Shown here: positions 1 through 9,314 of the stretch, one piece after another
Layout: each line of letters starts with the position of its first letter
How positions within the stretch are numbered: position 1 is the stretch's first letter
Assembly (NCBI GenBank): GCA_964450885.1
Contig: CAYVFE010000001.1
Coordinates: 246,572-310,571, forward strand
DNA length: 64,000 bases
Source of the DNA: an uncultured Gammaproteobacteria bacterium
Lineage (GTDB): Bacteria > Patescibacteriota > Microgenomatia > Levybacterales > GWA1-39-11
Direction of reading: 5' to 3'
Translations under genes and position numbers: made by a program
Notes under the pieces: generated by a model
What the model saw: only the letters and a program-made list of their open reading frames with translations
Databases searched by the model: none
Told to the model about the DNA's origin: nothing

Positions 1-568
1 CTGATGAAACTTGCCCGAAATTCGTATATTGACCATCCAGATGCGGCGCATCAGTTTTTGTTATAAAAAATTGAGAAGCATTTGAGATCTGAATATTTCC
101 CCCTCGAGCTATCCCTACAGACCCGCGTATAAACGGATTGTTATTAAGTTCTGTCGGCATCTGTCCTCCACCTGTCCCATTTCCAGACGGATCTCCACCT
201 TGAACTACCCAGTCTTCGACTCGATGAAATGTTAGGTTGTCATAAAAATTATTTGCAGACTTATTAGCAAAATTTGCGACAGTATTTGGTGCAGCCTCAG
301 GAAAAAGTTCAATGACTATCTCACCTTGGGTGGTTGTGATAGTCGCAGTCGATGCAGCTGGAATTTGTTGGGCCTGTTGAGCTTCTTGGGCTTGTTCTCC
401 TAGTATTTGATCTTGTGAAGTTATAGAGTTGGAAGAAGTAATTAGGGGCGTTGGGGTCGGTATTTGAGTCAGGTCAAGCTCTTTTTCCTGATTATTTTTC
501 GTAAGATAGATGCTGAGAATTGCTGCCCCCAGTAAAAGTCCTATTATTATGTATGAGTAGTTTTTCAT
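1..568 (-). CDS. Peptidyl-prolyl cis-trans isomerase, cyclophilin type; N-terminal signal anchor. Partial: the 3' end runs off the window.
   Basis: Reverse-strand translation from ATG at 566-568 gives MKNYSYIIIGLLLGAAIL, a Pro/Thr/Gln-rich spacer, then a cyclophilin-like core (FHRVEDWVVQGGDPSGNGTGG, FITKTDAPHLDGQYTNFG). The ORF continues past position 1. Confidence 0.6.
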   Translation of the reverse strand, partial: MKNYSYIIIGLLLGAAILSIYLTKNNQEKELDLTQIPTPTPLITSSNSITSQDQILGEQAQEAQQAQQIPAASTATITTTQGEIVIELFPEAAPNTVANFANKSANNFYDNLTFHRVEDWVVQGGDPSGNGTGGGQMPTELNNNPFIRGSVGIARGGNIQISNASQFFITKTDAPHLDGQYTNFGQVSS

Positions 569-590
569 CGTTTTAGCTTATTATAGAGAC

Positions 591-1688
591 CTATTCTATA
601 ACGGTCAATTGCTTGCGCGATTGTGTTAAGACTTCGAATCCATCCTCAGTCAGTAAAATATCGTCTTCGATCCTTACACCACCGACTCCTGGTATATATA
701 TGCCAGGTTCTATGGTTATCACAATGCCTTTTTTTAGAGGATTTCCCTGTGTATATTTTGAGATGCTTGGTAATTCATGAACTTGAAGACCAACACCATG
801 TCCAAGAGAGTGAGGAATCTGCGGGTACCCATTTTGCTCTATGTGACTTTCTGCAATTTCATGCAGATGAGAGGCCTGGAATGATTTATCTTGCCACTCT
901 TGCAGCTTTGCTATAGCTACTTCTTGGGATTCAAGTACAGTTCTATACATTTTCTTCTCCTCCTCGCTGGGGTTGCCAAAATATACAGTCCTGCTCATGT
1001 CTGCACAATAGCCCTCAAATTTTGCTCCAAAATCCAATAGAACAAAAGAATCTCGTTTTAGGACAGTATCATCAGATATGTGATGTGGGACAGCCGCATT
1101 TTTCCCAAAAGCAACAATAGGTCTAAATGCATTTCCGCCAAATTGATTAAAGTAAAATTCGATTCCAGAAGCTATTTCACGTTCTGTCACTCCTGCCGCG
1201 ATTTTATCTAGCACTCCTTCATAGCACACATCTGTTATCTCGCAGGCTTTTTTAATTCTTTCTATTTCGTCATCTTTTTTGATTTGCCTTTCATCTTCTA
1301 TGAAGTCTTCAAGTGGTATCAGTTCTACTCCAGCCAGTGCATCATGAAGATGTTCAAATTCTTTGTATAGCAGGTTTTGTTCTTCAAATCCGACCGATTT
1401 GATATTTTCCCTCGTACATATTGCAAGAAGATTTTTATATAGCCCTTTTGCTGCTGTAATTTCGATATACGTGAAGCCGTCGGTTTTTTCCTGAATGCTC
1501 ATCAGAAACATTTTTGGCGCCAGAAGGTATGCGTTGTCTTTAGTGATAAAGATATAAAACTCTCTCTCCTCGACATTAGAAGGAAAAAGATTTGTCAGAT
1601 ACGAAATATTATAAGGTGAGGTGATGTAGAGTGCATCAATTCTGTCTCGTGAAATCTTTTGTTTTGTTTTCCGGATCCTGTCTTCCAT
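591..1688 (-). CDS. pepP: Xaa-Pro aminopeptidase / M24B metallopeptidase
   Basis: 365 aa. C-terminal M24 pita-bread motifs (HSLGHGVGLQVHE, IEPGIYIPGVGGVRIEDD) and an N-terminal creatinase-like domain. Confidence 0.8.
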   Translation of the reverse strand: MEDRIRKTKQKISRDRIDALYITSPYNISYLTNLFPSNVEEREFYIFITKDNAYLLAPKMFLMSIQEKTDGFTYIEITAAKGLYKNLLAICTRENIKSVGFEEQNLLYKEFEHLHDALAGVELIPLEDFIEDERQIKKDDEIERIKKACEITDVCYEGVLDKIAAGVTEREIASGIEFYFNQFGGNAFRPIVAFGKNAAVPHHISDDTVLKRDSFVLLDFGAKFEGYCADMSRTVYFGNPSEEEKKMYRTVLESQEVAIAKLQEWQDKSFQASHLHEIAESHIEQNGYPQIPHSLGHGVGLQVHELPSISKYTQGNPLKKGIVITIEPGIYIPGVGGVRIEDDILLTEDGFEVLTQSRKQLTVIE

Positions 1689-1741
1689 TACAAGATATTA
1701 TATCAGCTTGACAGTTTTTTCATTTTTTCTTACAATATGCT

Positions 1742-2890
1742 ATGGAAACCACATCATCTTTTTCCCAAGGTTTGACCTACGATGACATCCTGCTTCTTCC
1801 CGGATATACTGATTTTTCCCGCGACGATATCTCGATAAAAACGAAAATTTCTAAAAATATAGAGATAGATATTCCTTTAGTGTCATCTCCTATGGATACT
1901 GTTTCTGGATCAAGGCTCGCGATAGCACTTGCTAAGATCGGTGGGATAGGAATAATACATAGAAATCTTTCAGTTGAGAGTCAGGCAGAGGAGGTTGCGA
2001 AAGTAAAAAAAGAGAATCTTCTGGTTGGAGCTGCAGTTGGAGTGTCGGAGGGTTATAAGATTAGGCTTGAAGCACTATTAAAATCTGGAGTAGATGTTGT
2101 AGTTTTAGACTCTGCACATGGGTGGACCAATAAGTTCATGGATGCATTGCGTTTTGTAAAAAATAACTACAAGGATCTTGATGTCATAGTTGGAAATATT
2201 GCGACAGAAGATGCGGCGATAGATTTTTGCAAGAATGGTGCAGATGGGCTCAGAGTTGGCATGGGTCCTGGTGCTATCTGTACGACTCGTATAGTGTCAG
2301 GTATGGGAGTTCCGCAAGCAACCGCAATAAGCAAAACAGTAAAAGCTGCAAAAAAATATGATGTTCCAGTGATAGCAGATGGAGGAATAAAGTCTTCAGG
2401 AGATATAGTAAAGGCTTTAGCGCTTGGAGCATCATCTGTTATGATGGGAAATTATTTTGCTCAAACGATAGAATCACCTGGAGAAGTTTTTGATCTAAAA
2501 CGTGAAGAAGTCCCCAGCCGTTTCCAAAGTATATTTGATAACAATAAAAACAAAACTTTTAAGTTCAAAGCATATCGTGGAATGGGGTCTGAGGGTGCTA
2601 TGTCGGATGGAGCAAAAATAAAAGCTGAGGATGAATTCCATGGAAAATCATACAAAGATAAGGTTTTGGTCGCAGAAGGGGTCGAGGGGATGGTTCCTGT
2701 GAGAGGAAGCGTAAAAGAAGTAGTGGAGCAGTCTTTAGGAGGTATCAAATCGGGGATGTTTTATATCGGCGCAAAAAGTATTTTAGAATTACAAAAAAAA
2801 GCACGCTTTATCCAAATTACTCAAGCATCCCTTACAGAGTCACATCCTCATGGAATGATAGTCAGCAATACTGGTAAGTCGTATCAATAA
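1742..2890 (+). CDS. guaB: IMP dehydrogenase, short form without the CBS subdomain
   Basis: 382 aa. IMPDH/GMPR TIM-barrel motifs (GGIGIIHRN, VVLDSAHG, GMGPGAICTTR, IADGGIK). Lies immediately upstream of guaA. Confidence 0.8.
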   Translation: METTSSFSQGLTYDDILLLPGYTDFSRDDISIKTKISKNIEIDIPLVSSPMDTVSGSRLAIALAKIGGIGIIHRNLSVESQAEEVAKVKKENLLVGAAVGVSEGYKIRLEALLKSGVDVVVLDSAHGWTNKFMDALRFVKNNYKDLDVIVGNIATEDAAIDFCKNGADGLRVGMGPGAICTTRIVSGMGVPQATAISKTVKAAKKYDVPVIADGGIKSSGDIVKALALGASSVMMGNYFAQTIESPGEVFDLKREEVPSRFQSIFDNNKNKTFKFKAYRGMGSEGAMSDGAKIKAEDEFHGKSYKDKVLVAEGVEGMVPVRGSVKEVVEQSLGGIKSGMFYIGAKSILELQKKARFIQITQASLTESHPHGMIVSNTGKSYQ

Positions 2891-4423
2891 ATGATAATAG
2901 TTGTCGATTTCGGTTCTCAGACCTCGCACCTTATTGCACGAAGGATCAAGGAATACGGTGCAAGCTCCGAGATGGTTACTCCTCAAAAAGCGTTGCGTAC
3001 TATTATGCTCAAAGAACCAAGCGGAATCATCCTTTCGGGAGGTCCGGCATCCGTATATGAGACTGGTGCTCCACAGATCGAGAAAGAAATCTTTGACTTG
3101 GGGATTCCGATGCTCGGGATATGTTATGGTATGCAGCTTATGAGCAAAATTCATGGCGGCAGGGTTATATCAGGAAAAAAAGAATATGGACCAGCAAGTC
3201 TTAGTTTGAAATCCAGCACAAAGGAGCTTGCTATAGGAAAAGCATTGCCAGAAAAATTTACCGTTTGGATGAGTCATGGCGATGAAGTAAAAAAGCCATT
3301 CAAAGGCGCAAAGGTGCTAGGGTCGACCTTAGACGTCCCGTACGCATTTGTAGGAGATGTAAAAAGAAAACTTTATGGTGTGCAGTTTCATCCTGAGGTA
3401 GAGCATACCGAGAACGGCGATACGATACTAAAAAATTTTATGTCTGTGGCTGGCGAAAATGTGTCTCATGTTCCACTGTCTATCCCCAGTCTTATAAAAG
3501 ACATAAAGAAAAAAGTCGGTGATAATTATGTGATAGGTGCCTTATCTGGAGGGGTTGATTCAACTGTTGCATCTGTCCTTATGGCACAAGCTATCGGAGA
3601 GCGTTTTATTCCGGTTTATGTAGATACCGGGCTTATGCGTTATGACACTGACGATCATATCGAAAAAATATTTTCGCATCTTAAAGCAAAGCCTGTAACC
3701 ATAAAAGTAAAGACAGAGATGCTAAGAAGGCTCAAAGGATTAACTGACCCAGAGAAGAAAAGAAAAGTTATAGGAAAAATGTTCATAGACACTTTTGACT
3801 CGGAGGTAAAAAAACTTGCGAAAGAGGGAAAAGACATAAGATTTCTGATGCAGGGAACGATTTATAGCGATGTTATAGAAAGTAGAGGTACGAAGCATTC
3901 TGCGAATATAAAATCACATCATAACGTAGGAGGCCTTCCGAAGAAAATGAACTTAAAGCTGGTCGAGCCAGTAAGGTCATTTTATAAAGACGAAGTTAGA
4001 AAGCTGGGTGCTATGCTGGGACTTCCGCATGAATTTGTCATGAAGCAGCCATTTCCGGGACCAGGATATGGAGTGAGGATTCGTGGCGAGGTGACCCGTG
4101 AAAGACTCGCTTCTGAAATAAAGGCAGACGAGATAGTTATGGAAGAGCTTGAGAAGGCAAAAGTGCTGGACAAGGTATTTATTTCCTTTCCTGTCATGAC
4201 CGGCGCATATTCTACCGCTGTAAAAGGTGATGGTAGGCATTTTGGAGAGGTGGTAGCGCTTCGGATTGTAGAAAGTACTGATGTTATGACTGCTACTTGG
4301 GCACGTCTTCCATATGACGTGTTGCAAAAGATTTCATCAAGAATAGTAAATGAAATTCCTGAAATTTCCCGTGTAGTATACGATATCTCCACAAAGCCCC
4401 CAGCCACTATGGAATGGGAGTAG
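2891..4423 (+). CDS. guaA: GMP synthase (glutamine-hydrolysing)
   Basis: 510 aa. N-terminal class-I glutamine amidotransferase domain (GICYGMQ), PP-loop SGGVDSTV, and C-terminal dimerisation domain ending ...PATMEWE. Confidence 0.9.
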   Translation: MIIVVDFGSQTSHLIARRIKEYGASSEMVTPQKALRTIMLKEPSGIILSGGPASVYETGAPQIEKEIFDLGIPMLGICYGMQLMSKIHGGRVISGKKEYGPASLSLKSSTKELAIGKALPEKFTVWMSHGDEVKKPFKGAKVLGSTLDVPYAFVGDVKRKLYGVQFHPEVEHTENGDTILKNFMSVAGENVSHVPLSIPSLIKDIKKKVGDNYVIGALSGGVDSTVASVLMAQAIGERFIPVYVDTGLMRYDTDDHIEKIFSHLKAKPVTIKVKTEMLRRLKGLTDPEKKRKVIGKMFIDTFDSEVKKLAKEGKDIRFLMQGTIYSDVIESRGTKHSANIKSHHNVGGLPKKMNLKLVEPVRSFYKDEVRKLGAMLGLPHEFVMKQPFPGPGYGVRIRGEVTRERLASEIKADEIVMEELEKAKVLDKVFISFPVMTGAYSTAVKGDGRHFGEVVALRIVESTDVMTATWARLPYDVLQKISSRIVNEIPEISRVVYDISTKPPATMEWE

Positions 4424-5039
4424 GATCGGGAGCAAAGAAAGAATGGTCTGGATGATGTTCTTGCCAGGCGCTCGATAATTTTTGTAGATCATCTTTAATC
4501 TTTAGCCATTCTTCTGTTTGTGAAGTATTCACATTTTGGCGGATGCTTGAAAAGAGGGTATCGAAAGCGACGTGTCCACTTGACTGTCCATGCAGGATAA
4601 ATTTTCTAAAAAAACTTGCATGTGGGTCGTTTTGTGAGTCTGGAACAACTAAATTCTCTTGGTTTCTATTTGGCCTTCCTTCATCTTCGAGATATTTCAA
4701 ATCTCTCCTAATTATCCCTTCGGCTATATCTTCTTCGAGATTTCCATTATAGTTTCCATCAGCACGATTCAAATAATCCCACATTTTATCAAGGGATCCT
4801 TTAACTGTATCATCCTCAACGTGATTCTTTCCTGGATATGTAATAGATGTGATAAATGAACGTGTATCCTCGGTTACTTGGTTTTTATCTATATATCTAT
4901 TTTTTACTAGCCACGAAAACAACTTGTCTTGTACGTCCATAGATCCTTGTGAATATCGAAATGACAGGTAAAATAATTGCTTTAAGTCTTTTTGCTCATT
5001 GGATGGTGGAGCTGTTTGTATTTCAGGCGAATCTTCCAT
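4407..5039 (-). CDS. Hypothetical protein
   Basis: 210-aa ORF convergent with guaA (17-nt overlap). No recognisable motifs. Confidence 0.35.
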   Translation of the reverse strand: MEDSPEIQTAPPSNEQKDLKQLFYLSFRYSQGSMDVQDKLFSWLVKNRYIDKNQVTEDTRSFITSITYPGKNHVEDDTVKGSLDKMWDYLNRADGNYNGNLEEDIAEGIIRRDLKYLEDEGRPNRNQENLVVPDSQNDPHASFFRKFILHGQSSGHVAFDTLFSSIRQNVNTSQTEEWLKIKDDLQKLSSAWQEHHPDHSFFAPDPTPIP

Positions 5040-5163
5040 TATTCCATTATAGTATACCCTACTTAAAAAAAATTGAAGATGTGTCTTTATTTTTACACTC
5101 CAATTTGTTATACTTATTCGAACCTAAATTTGGGTTCTTTTTTTGTTAAAAAAATAATTTAAT

Positions 5164-7281
5164 ATGGCTGAAACAGTTGTTACAAAAGACAGGAATGTCG
5201 CACTAGATAAAATCCGAAATTTCGGAATTATCGCTCATATCGACGCAGGAAAAACTACCACTTCTGAGCGTATTCTTTATTACACTGGAAAATCTTACAA
5301 AATAGGAGAGGTTCATGAGGGAGCCGCTACTATGGACTGGATGGATCAGGAGCGCGAGCGTGGTATTACCATAGTGTCCGCTGCCACCACTACTTTCTGG
5401 AAAGATTGCAGATTTAATCTTATCGACACCCCCGGTCATGTAGACTTTACAGCTGAAGTAGAAAGATCACTTAGAGTTCTTGATGGAGCTATTACAGTTC
5501 TCGATGCTGAAGAAGGCGTGCAGTCGCAGTCTGAGACAGTATGGCGTCAAGCTGATAAGTATAAAGTACCTAGAATCTGCTTTGTGAACAAAATGGATAA
5601 ATTAGGCGCTGACTATGAAAAAACAATTCAGTCGGTAGTAGATAGACTGGGCGCGAATCCTATAACGATAGGTCTTCCGATCGGAGCAGAAAATGACTTC
5701 AAAGGAATTTATCACGTCCTTGATCAGAAATCATATATCTGGTCAGGAGAAGAATTGGGTGCGAAATTTGAAGTGCTTGACGAGGTTCCGGAAGGAATGG
5801 AAGAGATGGTTAAAAAATACCGCGAACAAATGATTGAAAAAATCGCAGAAACAGATGATGTACTACTCGATAAATACCTAAATGGTGACGAGATTTCCTA
5901 TGATGAGTTAAAGCTGGCACTCCGAGCTGCAACTATCGCATATAAAGTGGTTCCAGTATTTGCGGGAACATCACTAAGAAATAAAGGTGTGCAGCCACTT
6001 CTGGATGCGGTTATCGATTTTCTTCCTTCTCCTATGGATCTTAAGACTGTAACCGGCACGAATCCAAAAACAGGAGATGAGGAGATTCGAAACCTAACTA
6101 CGGATGAGTCATTTACTGGTTTTGCTTTTAAGGTTCAGGTAGATCCACATGTCGGAAAGATAACCTATGTGAGGATCTATTCTGGAAAACTATCCTCTGG
6201 AAGTTATGCATATAACTCTACAAAAGACGTCAAGGAGCGTGTGGGGAGACTTCTTCTGATGCATGCGAATCAACGTGAGGAGATAAAAGAAGCTTATGCT
6301 GGAGAAATCGTAGCCGTTGTAGGTTTCAAAGACACCATAACAGGAGATACCCTTTGTGAAGAGAGTAAGCCAATACTTCTTCAACAAATAACTTTCCAGG
6401 ATCCTGTCATATCCCTTGCTATAGAGCCAAAGACTAAATCTGATCAGGAAAAACTGGGTGCTGCTATGAAAAGACTTCAAGAAGAAGATCCTACATTTAC
6501 CGTTAAGATGAATCACGAGACAGGACAGACAATCATGTCTGGTGTCGGAGAGCTGCAGCTTGAAATCATGGTAGACCGTATGAAAAGAGAAATGGGAGTC
6601 GAGGCAAATGTCGGAGCTCCACAAGTTGCATATAAAGAAACTATCAAAAATCCTGCTGATGCAGAAGCAAAGTACATAAAGCAGACTGGAGGACGCGGAC
6701 AATATGGCCATTGTCTTATCAAGATGGAGCCACTTCCACGCGGTGAGGGATTTGAATTCGTGAATGCGATAAAAGGAGGAGCGATCCCACAAGAATTTAT
6801 TCCATCCGTTGAAAAAGGTGTACGTGAAGCGATGGAGCGTGGAGTATTACTTGGATATCCAGTAGTAGATTTCAAAGTTACACTTTATGATGGAACTTAT
6901 CACGATGTCGACTCGTCAGATATTGCATTTAAGATTGCGGGATCACAAGCATTCCAGCAGGGTGCGAAAAAGGCAGAGCTAACACTTCTTGAGCCTATCA
7001 TGAAGGTAGAGGTTACAACTCCTGAGGAATTCATGGGGGACGTTATCGGAGATTTGTCTGCAAAGCGTGCGCAGATACAAGGAACAGAGGAAAGAGGGAA
7101 CAGCAGAATAGTTCTTGCTCAAGTGCCTCTAGCAGAGCTTTCGGGATATGCTACAACGCTTCGTTCTCTTACTCAGGGAAGGGCGAATCCATATATGGAG
7201 CCAAGTCATTATGACGAGGTTCCTAAAAATATCCAGGAACAAATGCTTGCAAAAACCAACTTCGTGGCGAGAGTCGAATAA
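5164..7281 (+). CDS. fusA: Elongation factor G
   Basis: 705 aa. [16 protein letters not shown]-domain plus all EF-G domain signatures. A stand-alone gene: no rpsL/rpsG upstream. Confidence 0.95.
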   Translation: MAETVVTKDRNVALDKIRNFGIIAHIDAGKTTTSERILYYTGKSYKIGEVHEGAATMDWMDQERERGITIVSAATTTFWKDCRFNLIDTPGHVDFTAEVERSLRVLDGAITVLDAEEGVQSQSETVWRQADKYKVPRICFVNKMDKLGADYEKTIQSVVDRLGANPITIGLPIGAENDFKGIYHVLDQKSYIWSGEELGAKFEVLDEVPEGMEEMVKKYREQMIEKIAETDDVLLDKYLNGDEISYDELKLALRAATIAYKVVPVFAGTSLRNKGVQPLLDAVIDFLPSPMDLKTVTGTNPKTGDEEIRNLTTDESFTGFAFKVQVDPHVGKITYVRIYSGKLSSGSYAYNSTKDVKERVGRLLLMHANQREEIKEAYAGEIVAVVGFKDTITGDTLCEESKPILLQQITFQDPVISLAIEPKTKSDQEKLGAAMKRLQEEDPTFTVKMNHETGQTIMSGVGELQLEIMVDRMKREMGVEANVGAPQVAYKETIKNPADAEAKYIKQTGGRGQYGHCLIKMEPLPRGEGFEFVNAIKGGAIPQEFIPSVEKGVREAMERGVLLGYPVVDFKVTLYDGTYHDVDSSDIAFKIAGSQAFQQGAKKAELTLLEPIMKVEVTTPEEFMGDVIGDLSAKRAQIQGTEERGNSRIVLAQVPLAELSGYATTLRSLTQGRANPYMEPSHYDEVPKNIQEQMLAKTNFVARVE

Positions 7282-7313
7282 AAGTATTAAACTTTTAAAT
7301 ATATAATGGCCTT

Positions 7314-8120
7314 ATGGCAGATTCTTCAAAAAGTTATAAGCTGATAATTTCTGATTTTGATGGGACACTAGCTGGGGCTGACCATCAGATTTCCGATAAA
7401 GTAAAAGATGCTATCCATAGGTGGATGAGCGCTGGAAATCTATTCACTGTTGCTTCGGGTAGACAATTTGAGATGATAGGATACGACTGTCGGGATTTAA
7501 ATATAAAAACACCATTTATAGTAAGAGGAGGAGCAGAAATCGTTGATCCGATTACCCGCGAAATACTCTTTTCAGAACATATAGATAAAAAAACCACAAA
7601 GGATTTTATAAATCTTATGATGAGTACTAAATACAGGTTATTTGTTGAGGTCGGCGACTCATTTTATGCAAACTACGACTATGATCTTTCATACTATCCG
7701 TCACTTAAAAAACTCTCAATAAAAGATATTCCATATGTTGGCAGTCCCAAGATAAATGTGAGAGCTAGAAGCAATGAGGTGGAGGAACTCGAGAAATTTA
7801 TGAAAAAAAATGTAATACCTAAATTCCCTCAGCTCTCTATGATAAGAAGCTACAATGCTTTGGGAATGTCATGGGATATCACATCCATAAAAGCGACGAA
7901 GCATCTTGCAATTCTAAATCTTATGAAGATTTTGAATATTGATGTAAGTAGAACTATAGGAATTGGAGATGGATACAATGATTTCCCTTTACTTGAAGCT
8001 GTAGGGTTTAAAGTAGCTATGGGAAATGCAAACGATGAGCTAAAAGAAATCGCAGATATGACAGTCCCGTCACTTGACGATGATGGAGTGGCGTATTTGA
8101 TAGACAAACTGCTAGAATAA
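7314..8120 (+). CDS. HAD-superfamily hydrolase, Cof-like (HAD-IIB) phosphatase
   Basis: DFDGTL motif I near the N-terminus and GDGYND motif IV near the C-terminus. Confidence 0.7.
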   Translation: MADSSKSYKLIISDFDGTLAGADHQISDKVKDAIHRWMSAGNLFTVASGRQFEMIGYDCRDLNIKTPFIVRGGAEIVDPITREILFSEHIDKKTTKDFINLMMSTKYRLFVEVGDSFYANYDYDLSYYPSLKKLSIKDIPYVGSPKINVRARSNEVEELEKFMKKNVIPKFPQLSMIRSYNALGMSWDITSIKATKHLAILNLMKILNIDVSRTIGIGDGYNDFPLLEAVGFKVAMGNANDELKEIADMTVPSLDDDGVAYLIDKLLE

Positions 8121-8128
8121 ATCCAAAT

Positions 8129-9313
8129 ATGGCAAGAGTTAAGATATCAGAGTTCAGGGCAAAAAACATTCTATATAAATCACTAAATAGAGATTATTCA
8201 GGAATAGAAGTTGATTCGCAAAAGGATCTGGATCAGCAAGTTTCGAATCTAGATTCCAGCAAGAAATATGTTTTAAAAGTAGACCAAGGGGTAAAGCAGA
8301 GAAATAAAAAAGGGCTAGTTGTGCTTAATATAGGCAAGGAGAATGTAGTAGATAAAATAAAAGAATTATCCCAAAAAGGATATACGCAGTTTTTACTCGA
8401 AGAATTTTTAGAGCATGATAGTGACACCGAAAAATATCTTGCGATAGAAAGGATTCGTGAAGGAAAAAAAATATATTACTCGACTTCTGGAGGAGTTGAT
8501 ATAGAGGAAAATAAAGATAGAGTTAAAAGTCTCACGATAGAAAACTACGATCAGATAGGAGAAGTATCAAAAGAGCTAGGAATGAATATAGAGGTTTTTG
8601 ATGGGATACTAAATGTCTTTGATGATAATTATTTTTCCTTTCTCGAGATAAATCCATTAGTTGTTAAAGATGGAGATTGCTATTTTCTAGATGCTGCTGT
8701 GCAAGTTGATAGTGCTGCAGAGTTTTTTATAAATGGGGGATGGGGGGCTGACGACTTTCGTGAGAGTCTTTCACGCGATAAGACGAAGGAGGAAAGAGAG
8801 ATAGAAAGACTTAGAGAGAAAAGTCCTGCATCTTTTAGCTACGAAATACTAAATCCAAATGGGTCGATATTTCTACTCTTATCTGGAGGTGGAGCATCGC
8901 TCGTTACTGCTGACGAGATCTATCAGCAGGGAAAGGGAGAAGAGATGGCAAATTATGGAGAGTATAGTGGAAATCCAAACACTCAGGAGACTTATATTTA
9001 TACAAAAAATTTACTTGCTACTCTACTCCATTCTAATTCATCTAGAAAAGCCATAATAATTTCGGGAGGCGTTGCGAATTTTACCGATATAAGAAGTACA
9101 TTCAAAGGGCTTATAAGGGCTATGTCAGAGAGCGCGCAAAAACTGCGCGAAAACAAAGTTAAGGTTTTTGTTAGGCGGGGGGGGCCTTTTCAGGAAGAAG
9201 GACTCAGGATCATGGGGGAATTTTTAGAAAAAGAAGAACTATTAGGAGTAGTTAGTGGGCCTGATATGATCCTTACAGACATCGTAAAACCTGCAATCGA
9301 ATACGTATCTTAA
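8129..9313 (+). CDS. aclB: ATP-citrate lyase beta subunit (ATP-grasp, succinyl-CoA-synthetase-beta-like)
   Basis: 394 aa, matching the known AclB size. ATP-grasp SCS-beta-like motifs (KVDQGVKQRNKKGLV, INPLVV..DG....DAAVQVDSAA). Immediately followed, 1 nt later, by the aclA-like gene. Confidence 0.75.
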   Translation: MARVKISEFRAKNILYKSLNRDYSGIEVDSQKDLDQQVSNLDSSKKYVLKVDQGVKQRNKKGLVVLNIGKENVVDKIKELSQKGYTQFLLEEFLEHDSDTEKYLAIERIREGKKIYYSTSGGVDIEENKDRVKSLTIENYDQIGEVSKELGMNIEVFDGILNVFDDNYFSFLEINPLVVKDGDCYFLDAAVQVDSAAEFFINGGWGADDFRESLSRDKTKEEREIERLREKSPASFSYEILNPNGSIFLLLSGGGASLVTADEIYQQGKGEEMANYGEYSGNPNTQETYIYTKNLLATLLHSNSSRKAIIISGGVANFTDIRSTFKGLIRAMSESAQKLRENKVKVFVRRGGPFQEEGLRIMGEFLEKEELLGVVSGPDMILTDIVKPAIEYVS

Positions 9314-9314
9314 T

